Assembly: GCF_036321535.1 (NCBI RefSeq)
Contig: NC_087437.1
Span: 44,766,001 to 44,830,000, forward strand
Reading direction: 5' to 3'
DNA length: 64,000 nt
Source of the DNA: Camelus dromedarius
Lineage: Eukaryota
In this document: in pieces, positions 1 to 12,344 of the stretch
How positions within the stretch are numbered: position 1 is the first letter of the stretch
How the letters are laid out: the number at the start of each line of letters is the position of its first letter
The notes under the pieces: model-generated
The model's input: only the letters and a program-made list of their open reading frames with translations
What the model was told of the DNA's origin: nothing
Databases searched by the model: none
Made by a program: the position numbers and the translations under genes

Positions 1-212
1 CTGCTCTTTACGGTTGAGCGGGTATTTCTGCCGATGGGGGAGGTTTGGTCGATGAATAACGCAGATACACTGCACAGTTGAGGGGGAGGAGAGCAAAGGC
101 AGAAGAAACTTTTGTTTAAATTTTTCTTGTCTTGTCATAAAATATGAATTTTTATTTCACAATGATAAAAATGCTTTTGAAGCAACATCAGGAAGCAAAT
201 CTTAATATAGGG

Positions 213-398
213 CAGTGCTAGTCCCACTTCAAAGAGAATCACCATCGTAGAGGAATGCTACTGCACAGATTCCTGGGCTCCATCCTCAAGGGTTCCCATT
301 TGGGAGGACACGACTGGAGCCTAAGCATTTGTATTTCAAATATGTTCATGGGTGTCATCGATGCTGTTGATTTGTGGACCACATTTTGAGTAGCATTG
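213..398 (+). mobile_element. MER5A-like hAT-Charlie MITE relic
   Basis: cagtg... start, agaatcacc, acagattcctgggctccatcc, and end ggaccacattttgagtagcattg resemble the MER5A consensus. Confidence 0.7.
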
Positions 399-456
399 AT
401 TTAGGGATAACCTGAGAAGCAGAGTGTGTGCTGACAATTTAAATTATATTTTTCAG

Positions 457-603
457 AAAAATAATTTCAACTGTTCCAGAAGAGGTCAGTGTCCAGAGAC
501 CAACATAAGCTCTGTACAGATGCAAGATGACGCCAATTATTTCATCAACCATCTTGGAGTTCCCACTGTGAGGTTTGCTTATGAAGACATCAAAGCATTA
601 GAG
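457..603 (+). CDS. NAALADL2: NAALADL2 internal coding exon (147 nt, phase 0/0; probably orthologous to human exon 10)
   Basis: Branch-point-like CTGAC at 431-435, acceptor ttttcag|AAA at 456/457, donor GAG|gtaatt at 603/604. Translation KNNFNCSRRGQCPETNISSVQMQDDANYFINHLGVPTVRFAYEDIKALE closely matches the human NAALADL2 sequence as I recall it (KNNFNCTRRAQCPETNISS...HLGVPIVQFAYEDIKTLE). Confidence 0.95.
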
Positions 604-1455
604 GTAATTGTTTTTAAAAATACAAGACACTCACACACTAAATAGCAGACACACAGAATTTTATTTTATCCTGGCTATTCGTCTTTTTTACCAAGTAGGT
701 CACACTGTAAGAAGCTGCTACATTTAGAAAGTTAACTCTTGTTCAGAGGCTTTGTAAGGATATTTGAATGAAAACATCAGCTCTTTTCAGTAGTCGTGAA
801 ATCAATTTAAAAAGATTTATACTGTCACTCACATTTTTGCAGCATGCTTCGCAACAAGAAATTTACAGTTGTTGGATTAACATCAAAACATAATTGTAAT
901 CTTCAGTATTCACAGAAACAGATGACAGGTGCAATAGATCCTCGTCTCCTTGCCCAAGGGAAAAAGCATTTCCCATGCGGTGTATTAATGTGAGTCTTGT
1001 GGGTTAGCTACCGAAAGTTTGTCAGTAGTTCCCTTGCCTGAAAAGGTGCTACTTTTTTGTGAGGATACGAGGCTTTTTCCCAAAGAGTATCAGATAAGCC
1101 TGAGTCACCTTAATTAAGTGTGTTCATCCTTCTGTTGGACTTTAAGCCTTTTGTTCTTTCTCAGAATTATGTCACAGGAACTGTTTCTCTGTAGATCCGA
1201 ACTTTTTGCAATATTTTACCTTCTTTTACAAATTGTGCATGCATTATTGGGAGCTATTTAAAAGCTTCTGGGGTTGGCCTGCTTAAGGTAATCATTACTT
1301 TAACCATATTGTGGCTGGAAAAGAGAGTAAAGGCTGCTTTGTTTTTGAATTATAGATGTTCCTGAAAAGTTGTGTTGCAATTTTGTTTTTATAGGCTCGA
1401 TGTCACATATGCAGTCTCTTCATTTCTGATAGTTTTTTGCACTAGTTACCTCTGT

Positions 1456-1554
1456 GTTTCTCTGTAGCCCTCTACCCTCACCTCCTTCCTTACTTCCTCT
1501 GTAAGTTTCTCTGTAGCCCTCTACCCTCACCTCCTTCCTTACTTCCTCTGTAAG
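1456..1554. repeat. Perfect 49-bp tandem duplication
   Basis: gtttctctgtagccctctaccctcacctccttccttacttcctctgtaa occurs at 1456-1504 and 1505-1553, identical. Confidence 0.97.
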
Positions 1555-2864
1555 CAGCTAACGATCAATAACAATTCATGGAGGGAGAAACTCTGGGTGA
1601 CTTCTGTTATAATGAGATGAATTTTTGGGTTATGGAAATACACTCATTATGATGCATCTGTTTTTTAAAATTGGATTTCCACATGCTCTTGATGTTGAAG
1701 AATGTGGTCCATGTGTAGAGGTATCTTCTCTTACCAAGCCCATAGATACACTGATGAAATTGATATATTAAGAAATGAACTCATTTTTAATTCTCCTGTT
1801 TGATGCCTTGTAACATCTTTTTATCATCCCCTGCCGCATTTGAGCCCTTTCAGCTCCTGTCATGTAACATGTTGAATGATAGCTTTTATTCAATACATGT
1901 CTAGTTCATTTTGGTTGAGTTTGAAACAAGAATTTAGAGACGACATAGGAATGGGACTATACTTGACTTTGGGCTCATACTTACTAGACAGATGATTTAA
2001 CTTCTTTCAGAATTATTTTACAGATGAGGAACCTTGGTTTACTTATGACTCTATAAATAAGGATTAAATGAGACTATGCATGTAAAGGCTTAGCTAACAG
2101 TAGGTGTGTAGTCAGACCTCCAGCAACCACAGCTGTCATCATAGTCATTCTTGTCCGATTTACCTATTAGTGGAGATGTCTAAACTTTCTTAGATAAGAA
2201 GAAATTAGTGGGAGGGAGGAGCTTGTTCATTGTTAAGAAAAGCATAGTTCTAAGGCTGAGGAGGTGGGATTTGATGAGGATCAGTTGGAAGGTGGGTAGT
2301 GTTAATGGGAGAAGGTTGGGAGGAAGATCCCAGTCAGTTTCTCAGAAGTTGCTGCTGTCGCTGTGAAACTCCTCAGGCTCAGGGCTGTCCCCGAGAACTG
2401 GCTTAGTCTGAAGAAGCTACTCAGGTTTTCAGGTTATACCAGAACGTCCAACTCCCATCATCAAAATCATTTTCTACAGTATTTGTCCCCAAAAACATAA
2501 TTAAAAGAAAATCATCTATGCTTTATAACAAATGACCTTGTTTACATTGCTTTAGTGTGGAAAATTTTTTAAATGGATTTGTCCCTTAAAAAATCTTTAA
2601 CGCTTGAGATGAGATGATTTTGTGTGGTGAACTCTCCAAAGCACAGATTGATAATAACCCTTTGCTTTCTGTGTTAACCTATACTGGATATTTGTATACA
2701 GTTATTAAGAGGAATTAGAAACATTGAGTCTTTATCCATGATATAAAGGCTATTTATTCTATGTCAACTAGAAAAGCAGGTGAGGAAATTAGAGCTTTTT
2801 TCATGAATTTGCAATTAAACTTAAAATATATTTTTATATATATTATGCATATAATATAATACTT

Positions 2865-3115
2865 ACCACTTATTGAGTACTTGCTTTGCTAAGTATTTTC
2901 ATATTAACAAATATTTTAAATTACCTCATCTCATTTAATATTTACCATATCCCTATGAGTCACCTACTACTATTCACAATTTTTTTCTTTTTTTGGCTGA
3001 GGATGAAATGGCTCTTAAAATCGAATAGTTTAATCCAAGCTTATGAAACTGATGACTGTCCAAGACAACTTGTCATTAGACCTCTTTTAACAGCAAGCCC
3101 ACGTTCTTGACTATT
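2865..3115 (-). mobile_element. MIR SINE relic
   Basis: acttattgagtacttgc...atctcatttaat...ccctatgag...gaggatgaaatggctc pattern of an antisense MIR. Confidence 0.55.
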
Positions 3116-4594
3116 ACACCAAAGTCTGCAAATTGGAATGCCAAGGGCAAGATCCCGTCCACACACACCTTTTGTTTGTTCTGTGCTTTATTGAAAACTG
3201 GGATTTCTGGACGCACTGGATTCTTTTTCCCCAAGGAAACTTGACTGAATTGTGATTTACAATTACGATATTAAGAAGAAAATGTCTTCAACACACCTTG
3301 CAATCAAAAATTAGGAAATGAATGATCAACCTGAAGGGCCACATGTTTGACCAGACTTGTGTCCACTATATTAGCTGCTGGGCTGCTGGAGAAACTGAGT
3401 TCACTATCTTTGCAGTCATTTTGAGTAAAAAAGTTAAAGTTGGTAATTCTACAGTCCCTTTCACTTTAAAAATTGTGTATGTATTCTAAGCTAAATTATA
3501 CTCATGTGTTTGAAGAAATTACCTATTTAAAATTTATTTAGGTGACTATAATGCAAATCTTAATATATCTGACAGCTTTTTTTTAATCCAGCAAAATTGA
3601 TTATGAAACTCTTATATTCAGTTTCAGCAAGTGAATAATGATAGTAAGAGAAAAATTACCTGTAGGAAAAGAAACTAGTGCCACAGACACCACTTTTTAT
3701 GGACATATGGGACACTATTCTAAAATTATTTTTTGATGAACATGGCATTTTATAATATCTATTCCTGGAATTTTGTCCACATTCCCCCCAGTAACCTTCC
3801 CTGTAGTTTCTCTGGGTGCTAATATATTACATAAAGTTGTTTGACACACCTCTCATCTTTAGCAATTCTTGGCATCTATACTCTAATTTTCTAATAATTA
3901 AATTTCACAAATTTATGGGTTTGCCAAATGTTAGAATTATTCCTTCTCATAAGCTATCACCTTGTTAATTGAAACGTCTCTAGTTGTAAGCTTCATTTAA
4001 ATAAGGTTTTCAATTTGTAAACATTGTTGCACCTGTTAGGAGAAGCATTCTGAGCAGATTAAATACAATGCAGAGATTGCTGAAGAGAAAATGAAAAGAC
4101 AGATGCCTTCTGATTAAGAGTGCAATATTTATGACAAGCTGGTGGTCCAATGCACATTTCTTCTGTCACTTAACAGCTGTTTCACATAATTTTTGTTCCA
4201 GATCAGTGTATTTACTCTCCATAGGGCATGTCAGAGGGTCTGGCTTTCTTAGTATATCAAGAGATCAAACCATGCCCTCTCAAGCTTTATACCACAATTT
4301 GAAGCTTCAGTTCTTCACTCTGTTTAACCTCATATTTTTTGCTCTTCTGCTCGAAATATTCTATTTTAAACCCAATTTACCTCTATAATGGAGCATTTAA
4401 CATTTAGATGATAATGAGATAAAGGAGTATTATAGCTTTTATATAGCAGGGGGTTTTGCATAATTTGTTTCAATATCATCTGGTAACTCAGTGAATGAAA
4501 ACCAGGTAGCTTAAGTGTTTTGAAACTCTTATTAATTCTTTTTAAGTTAGATGACTTTGATATCAGTTCTGATTAAACTGATACACAGTAGTAC

Positions 4595-4596
<2 letters not shown>

Positions 4597-4627
<31 letters not shown>
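4597..4627. repeat. (GT)15 microsatellite
   Basis: Read directly from the sequence. Confidence 0.97.
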
Positions 4628-4629
<2 letters not shown>

Positions 4630-4650
4630 CTTTAACATTAAGGTAATTTT

Positions 4651-4827
4651 TTTATTGAAGTATAGTTGATTTACAAAATTGGGTTAGTTTCAGGTGTACA
4701 GGAAAGTAATTCAGATATTTATAGATTTTTTCACATTCTTTTTCAGTATAGGTAATTACAACATATTGAATATAGTTCCCTGTGCTATGCAGTAGGTCCT
4801 TGTTTATTTTATATGTAGTAGTGTGTA
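4651..4827 (-). mobile_element. 5'-truncated L1 3' end (cetartiodactyl type) with TSD
   Basis: tttattgaagtatagttgatttaca...aatatagttccctgtgctat. 18-bp TSD taacattaag(g/c)taatttt at 4633-4650 and 4828-4845. Confidence 0.85.
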
Positions 4828-5346
4828 TAACATTAAGCTAATTTTATGGGATAAAAGATTTGTACAATACAGATACAATACACATAGACACATTTTGGTG
4901 CAAAGTATAACTCAGAGTTTACACGTGGATTCTTTGTTTTGTTGTTCTAAGTAGAAGAAAATTTAAACTAGAGATCATTCTGTCATTACATTTCTTTGCC
5001 GGGAACTTAGTCACTGTCATTGTTATGTTAACAGATAGTAACAGTTCAAAAGTCAATTAAAAGCTCTTGACTTAAGGAACCAAATAATTATGTGTAACTG
5101 TGCTTAAATTGGACTGATGCTTTGCGGTATCTAATAGAATCTGTTTCATACTGATAACTGCAAAACTAAGAAATGTGATTTTACCTTTTCTACTTCAAAA
5201 TGTGCCAGCTGGAAGCAGGAGAGGGGTTCTGCAGCGTTCTCTCCAGCGTATTCTTCATCTTTGTAAGTGACTTTAGTAAAAGGAAAAGCTCAGATCACAG
5301 TAAGTGGTATGATTATTTTCAAATCAGACCTGCTTTCATTTAGAGT

Positions 5347-5961
5347 AAAGGTTTTCAAACATTTTGTTCTAAAAACCCACTTGCCCTCTAGAGGTATTGA
5401 ACACTCCAAAGAAAAGAACTTTTTGTTTATGTGTAAATATTTACCATATTAGAATTTAAAACTGAAGAAATATAACATTTATTAATTTAATATATCAATA
5501 ATACATTTGTTACAAATTAATATAAGTGACTTATTTTTACAGAAGGTCATTATATTTCCCAAGGCAAGAACACATAAATAAGGAGAGGGGCGCTGTTTTA
5601 CATTTTGCGAATCTCTTTAATGTGACTGAATACTACGTCTGGATTTTCATATCTATTTCTGCATTTGTTCTGTTGTAATAGGTTGTTTTGGTGGAAATAT
5701 GTGAATGAAATCTAGTCTAATAGTCTTTTCGTATAATGATGGACATTTTTCTTTGGTAATACACTAAAACATGACAAACGTTAGTTTCCTAAAGGTGAGT
5801 TTCAGTGTGGAATCTGAAACCATATTAATTTTGTACCTGGACACTTGTGAATGTAGAGTGAAAATGCAAGTGAAGAGGGCATGTGGTGTCACTATTACTA
5901 TGAAAACGGGTTTGGTGTCAGGGACCCTTGCTGATCTCTGGATCACATTTGGAGAGGTGCT
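5347..5961 (+). mobile_element. Charlie1-family (Charlie1b-like) hAT DNA transposon relic
   Basis: ggttttcaaac...ctccaaagaa...ttttgtttatgtg...ttaccatattagaatttaaaactga 5' part and ctggatcacatttggagag 3' end. Confidence 0.7.
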
Positions 5962-6919
5962 ATTTGGGGAAATGGCCTTGGTTAAACTGTTCTGCAGTAG
6001 TTTCCCTGTATCCACACACAGAACCTGCAGATAAGGAAGGCCAACTGGATTTATTATGCCATTTTGTGTAAAGGGCTTGATCATCCACACATTTTGGTAT
6101 CCGTGGTGGGGGTCCAAAGATACTGAAAGGTGACCGTGCTTTATTCTTCATAGTATCTGACAAGCTGTTCAACTTTGCCCTGTTATGAGGATTTGAACTG
6201 TGATTCTGTATAAACCTGTGTTTATCTTTTCCGGTAGTCTTTGAGTATTGCTGTCCCATTCACCTGACAAACAACATGAAGTAGGGAATATAACACTCTC
6301 ATAAACTGTGACTACAAAGAATTCTGCTGCTTAGAAGCCTTCTTTTAAAAGAGAAGGTTAAACCCCAATCAACAAATCAACAGTTATAGAGCGGACTTGA
6401 AAAGCTTTGATTGTACAGTATATGAAATGCCTGTCACAGAGGGAGGGCTATTAAAGCTGCCGTATGCTTCCAAGAGCCTGAGGAGTAAACACAAGAAATT
6501 GAAATATGAGACAGGTATTGGAAATACAAAGAATGGAGAAACTCTTAAGACTCAAGTGGGTAATTCAAAAGATCATATTTCAAATTGCCTAATATTTTGA
6601 AATGGCTGCAAGAAGGGCAGATTTCCCCAAGCACTTGTCCTTGCTTGGACCTCTAAATAAGAACATTTATTCTGAATGCCTGTAATCAGTGGATCAAAAC
6701 GTATAGCATATGCAGTATATTTTAACTCTAATACTATTTTCAGGGATTATTTTGTGATCATCTCTGTTACGATGGGACTTTTTTCATCACGAAGTTTGTG
6801 ATAATTTCAGTACTTACAATGGGTTTAATGAGAGACCAAGTTATAAATTTGACAACATTTAAGTTAAGAACGTAGGGCAACTCCAGATGTGATTTATTCA
6901 GATATTGGTTAATTTTAAC

Positions 6920-7062
6920 ACATTTATTAATTTAGCCAGCAGCTATTAAGCACTTGCTGTGATCTGGCACTTTGTTAGAAATACAAAGATGAGTAAATCA
7001 TGCCCTCGTTCCTTCACAGGGGTCACAGTCTAGATTGGGACTCAGACATGTAAACAATAAAA
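6920..7062 (-). mobile_element. L2 3' end
   Basis: cagctattaagcacttgctgt...ggcac...atacaaagatgagtaa...cacagtctag...agacatgtaaacaa. Confidence 0.7.
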
Positions 7063-7071
7063 AAATTAAGT

Positions 7072-7784
7072 ACAGCAGACATTCTCTAAACAGACTTCCA
7101 CTTAACCAATTTGTGGGATTCACTGACAATTTTCATTCCCTTGAAACACAATGACTAGTGCTCAAGGCTCCCTGAAGCTCATTGTGGTGAGATCCTTCTG
7201 ACTTTTTCATGCTTTGTTCTCACTTTCAATGGTATACTTGCCTGGAGTCCACTCTATTCTCAGGTCTATATGTGCCCTTTGTATTTGTTTTTAATAGTTA
7301 GGTAATTTAATTGTTACATCAAATTTTAAGTCATCAGTATAAAAAAAATGACTTCTTACAAACCTATAGTGATAACACTCTGAAAGGTGAGTTGCTAATA
7401 AAGAATTGATATAAAATGGACCAGGCAACTCTCAAAGATGGGGGAAATTGTAGTCATCTAGATGCATTCTGTGCTCAGTATACTTCAAAAACATCTTTCA
7501 TAATTCCATTTTAAATAGAAGGCAACTTGAAATGTAGGTAATATATAGGACAAGAAAGAAAGAATGGGCCTTTGTTCAACAGATCAGTATCAGAGAAAAG
7601 GCCTTAGCTGTACATCAAAATATTGGCCAATAAACATGCACACATAGGTTTTAAATTAACATATGACATTTTATATATGTAGTTTTTGTTTGTTGTTTTA
7701 CTGATTACTTATTTGAACTGACTTCTAGATAATTATCCTGCCAATCACTGGGACAAATCATACCAGCTAGGAGGGCTTCTAATG
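7072..7784 (+). mobile_element. Tigger-family (Tigger15a-like) TcMar DNA transposon relic
   Basis: TA-flanked degenerate termini (ta|cagcagacattctc ... gagggcttctaatg|ta), cacttaacc motif, and an internal transposase-HTH-like stretch aaaggtgagttgctaa...aaagatgggggaaa. Confidence 0.6.
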
Positions 7785-7834
7785 TAGGGTGAAGTGATGG
7801 ACAGAGGCACAGTAGTGTCAAGGAAAATGATATT

Positions 7835-8070
7835 AACAACTATTCGTGTAACATTTGTGGTAGATATTGTTTTGTTCTAAATCCTTTAAACTTACTAATG
7901 CATTTAATGTAATTCAGGTACTTATAACTGGTACTTACGAGGAAGGTACTAGTATTACTTCTCTCACTAAAGAGGAAACTGAGGCACAGAGCTGTCAGGT
8001 AACTTGGCCAATATGACACATCTATTAAGTGATGGAATTTGGATTCAAACCTGGCACTCTAGCACCAGGT
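7835..8070 (-). mobile_element. MIR SINE
   Basis: Core agaggaaactgaggcacagag...aggtaacttggccaa...ggattcaaacctgg. Confidence 0.8.
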
Positions 8071-8116
8071 TTCTGGGCTCTTTTCCCTAGGCTTAGGCTG
8101 TTTCTAAGTCATTTTA

Positions 8117-8470
8117 TTTTAATTTTTAATGTATGTATTTTTATTGAAGTATAGTTAGTTTACAACATTGTGTCAATTTCTGGTGTACAGCACAATGCTT
8201 CAGTCATACATGAACATACATATATTCCTTTTCGTATTTTTTTTACCATAAATTACTACAAGGCGTTGAATACAGTTCCCTGTGCTATACAGTATGAACT
8301 TGTTTATCAGATTTTGTGAGACTCCTCCTGTATTTCAAAGCGAGAGACACTCTGCCAGAGTTCAGTAGGTGTTCTGTGCGATTCAGTGGGTTTGTAGACG
8401 TAATTCTTGGTGTATTTGTGGGAGAGGGCGAGCTGTGAGTCCCTCTTCTCCGCCATCTTGGCTCAGCCCC
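8117..8470 (-). mobile_element. Mini-L1: L1 5'UTR start (8470-8308) fused directly to L1 3' end (8307-8117)
   Basis: The minus strand begins GGGGCTGAGCCAAGATGGCGG (L1 5' end with YY1 site, 8450-8460) and ends with the same 3'UTR as the L1 at 57.7 kb, AATAAA (8140-8145) and an A-rich tail. TSD tcatttta at 8109-8116 and 8477-8484, TTTT/AA endonuclease site. Confidence 0.85.
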
Positions 8471-10974
8471 GTGACATCATTTTAAAATGCTTTCCATCTC
8501 CCACTGCTTCCAGAATGCAGTGTATAATGCTGTGGTACTCGTTCCTATTTTTCATAGTTTCCTTTGCAAAGGTTCTAAATATTTCAGCTTTGATGACTCT
8601 CAAAGTTAAGGAACAGCTGTAAGTGGGTAAGATTTCTTAACAAAATTTAAAATGAGCCATAATTTACACATAATGGCAAAACTGATATTAATGTTCACTT
8701 ACAGTAGTTTCTGTATTCTTTTACAAAACAAATAGAGTCTATAATTAGAGTCTAAGCTATCCAGAATTTACATTTTAAACAAATATAAGGGAATGGATTA
8801 AAAAGCATGATAAGAAAGATAGGATAAAATCTAACTACTCTAAACATAAGTAATTAGTTTCCTAAGTTTAAAAAATAAAGATGTGAAGATGATTTGCTCA
8901 TCTGTTGTTTCCTTTGTAACATGATATTTTAATTATCCATTTAATATGAAGGCTCGTAGCTTTAATATGTTGTGTTATTCCATCCCCTGTTTCGTAATTT
9001 TATTTCCAAGGTAATTTTGGAAGATGAGGAGATGGATAAGTTTGTCTCTTCTAATTTCAATGATAATGCCACATTCCTTTAAGTAGAATATTTTGACATC
9101 CAAAACCATTGCGGGGACTAATTTAGATGACTTTTTTAAATGAATAATTAAAATGTTAAGAGCAGTATTGGTAACCATATGCTCTAACTGTAACTGTCAG
9201 AAGGAAATGGCATATCTAGGGCTCACATAGCTGTGGATGGTGGCTGTGGCCTGAATGTATTTTCTTCCCCTGTCTCTCCACAACTTCTTCATCCAACTTC
9301 AGTTGCATCTGGAGTTTCAGGTCTTCTACATCTGTTTCATAGCTTATTGTGTGTCACACAGAGGCTTATAGTTTTATCTGTTTTTTTTTTATTAAGCAAA
9401 TGTTTCTATCGAAACTACAAGGAAAGCAACAACAATGGCCTTGGAGTCTCATAAATACTAAAAAGTGAAAACACAATTGATGCCAAGGCCACTTAGCTTG
9501 TAAAGATTGCTACTGCTTCCTCATGAAAGCTCTGGCTTTTATGTTCGTCTCCAGAGAGCTGTAGTTGTCTTCAGACTCCTTTCACGATGCTCACGTCCCT
9601 GTGATTTTAAATGAATGGAGAAAATTCTAAAAGGGAACAAATTATTTATTAGTGTTTCGATTTCTACAGTCTCTTTGTCAATAGCTTTAGCATTGAAATT
9701 ATTCTGACCCAATTTTCTCTTATCAGTGAAGAACATTTTAAGTCTACATAGTGTAGTATTTATGTGGTACTGGTATGTGGGCAATGTAGGAAAAAATAAC
9801 TGTAGCTTTATGCACAAGGTCATTTTCAGTTTTTCTTTAAATCTCATCACTTTATTTTTATTTATTGATAATTCTTATCAGAACATTAGAAATTTTACAC
9901 ATATTCCATGTTTAGAGAATTTTTAACTTATGACGTGTGTATGTGTGTGTACATGAAAGTTGAATTTAAGAAAATTTGTGTCAGTGTTGCTGGGACCTAG
10001 TCTTTGAAACAATAAAATTAGATTAGGACATTGATCATGGCAAAATATTAAGGTTAAATTCAAAGTACTTCTTCCCGTCTGGGCACATGGCTCAGGTTAG
10101 TAATGGTGACTCCACTGACTGTCTTTGGTTTGCAGACTCTCACCTCTTCATGGGTGATTTTGGACAATCCAAGTGGTCAGAATGAGATCAGGAGCTTCTT
10201 TGGTGAGAGGATGGTCCCCTGAGAGTGCTGGGTCCAGCGATGTGTCTGGCCCAGACTGTCTGATGGACTGATTGAAAAGAAGCATTCATAGATTCACTGA
10301 CCTTTAGAGAAACACAGATCATTGACCCCAGGTAGTTTAATCCGTTTCTCTGCAGTAAGAGGAAGCAGTAGCCTAGAGGGATTCCATATTTGACTGAAGG
10401 AGTTAAGAAGAGTGAGTACAGACTGACTCCTCCCTGCTCGCAGCTGTTCACTTCTGTCTGCAGCTCTTCTAAACTCTTTTTCTGTATGTTACGCTCTTTC
10501 TCTCGCTTCTTTCCTCAACTTTCTCTTCCCTCTCTTTTTCAGTCTGGCTTCTCTTACCTTTTCCTGCACACATGGTCTTACTCTTCGTAGCCTTCCCTTC
10601 TTTTTGTTAATCTCTTGCCTTTTCTGTGAACTTTTCTACTCCCACTTCGTTTGCTTCCCCAGTCTATTTACTTTGTTTTTTGGTTGATGCTCAAATTTAG
10701 CCTGTTTCAGCCAACTTGATGTCTTTAATTTGCTTATAAGTGAAGTCTTTTTCCTAACACGATGAGGCAATTGTATAAATGGAGGCCATTATACCATATG
10801 GCTAAATACTAGGTTAATTATTATAAATCAAACTAAAAAAATCTGTTAAATAAAAATGCTCTTTTCCTTCTGGTTTGACAAATACATGTCTAAAGTTATC
10901 AGGAAGAAAGGTTTGAATTTAATGTCCTCAGACTCCTGAGAATCCTATGCCAAAGTGGGGTGACAGGGAAGAGC

Positions 10975-11300
10975 TGATCTCCAGTCTTTGCCCCTTGACC
11001 CTTGACATAACTCTTCTTTTTCTGCCCACCTTGACTCTGTCTCACACCATAAGGGGCCTTTGTGCATGTGTGTGGACACCCTGGTCTGCAATTCTGTGCA
11101 CAGTCGTCACACCCATAAGTAGCTTCTCCTCACTTACTTGCTATGGCCACACACTGGAAGCACAGTCTTCCCTGGAAATGATGGACCTGAAAAAGAGGGC
11201 TGCCCAATCCCTGGAAGCAGATCTGGGACCATGTGAGCAGGGAATTCTGAGATTCTAGAGCTCAGGGTAGTGAGAACTTGATCTAGAAAGAAAGTCCTGG
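10975..11300. mobile_element. Ancient DNA-transposon relic, probably hAT-Tip100 class (family uncertain)
   Basis: Locally GC-richer motifs aggggcct..gtgtggacacc, ccctggaagcag..ctggg..cagggaattc..tctagaa resemble an old mammalian non-autonomous hAT element. Confidence 0.4.
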
Positions 11301-12344
11301 AACCTGATTGGACTCATCTGTCTGTGTTGATATAAAATGCAAAGACCTTAGAAATACAAATTACTATATACTAGAACACTGGGTATGCCAAACTATAGGT
11401 AGTCCTGGTGTAGGACAGATAAATATTCTTAAATAAACCTGCTCAAACGCCTTGAGTCTGTTAACTAAGATTAGTTGCTAAGAAAACTTGAGACTGAACC
11501 AATTATTATAGGATCATTGGCAGTATCAGCTGGGTATTGACCTGACTTGGATTCTAAAAGATGTTGCTATTCAATGGTTGTGACTTTGAGGCTATGAGGT
11601 ACTTAATACAGCAAATTACTTCCAGAATACGACTAACAGTATGCTCTAAAATTTCAAGCCTAAAGAGGTGTAAAAAGACATTGTCAAAATAAAGAATCTT
11701 CAGTTAAGGAGGCAGTGTCTGGGAGATGTATTTTAAAGCAAGAGTTAATTTTAGAACACTTTCTAATCAAAGGAATACATGATGGAACCTCTGGGCAGGT
11801 TTCAAATGCTCTCTGCCATCTATTCCATTTTAAAGATTATGACCACGTGCTACTCTGAGAAGTAAAACTCTGAATATGTGATGAGCCCCAAGTAGTGTGT
11901 ATGCAAACCAAAATATTTTGAGCAATATTTTGAGCAAAAGTAATATATTTGGATGTTTTTTTTAACAGAGGACCATTAGAATTTCTGTGTTTGATTTTTA
12001 GTGAGAGAAATACAAATTCTGAACTAAAACTCAAGTCAGAAAACTGGAAAGAAAGTAAGGAATGTTGGTTAAGAATTTAGTCAGTATTAATTCAGTTTTC
12101 TTATATTTTATTAGTAGCAACAGTCCTTTTGGTTGTATCTTGCAAAGAGAAACCTGCCAAGTAGCATAATATCAATAAAATATTATACCAGAAAGCATAA
12201 TAGTTCTACTCTTTGCTCAAAACATAGTTATTGATAGTTTTACGTTTGTAGATGGACAGTTTTTTAATTAGTACTTTGATTATAGCTACTGTGTACTTAA
12301 AAACCTTAATTCCGTCCTTTTTTTCTTCCTTCCTGTTTCCATCA

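Noticed and set aside
5764..6259. Overlapping 87-117 aa ORFs
   Set aside because: Partly within a Charlie1 relic, no recognisable domain, no splice-supported exon structure.
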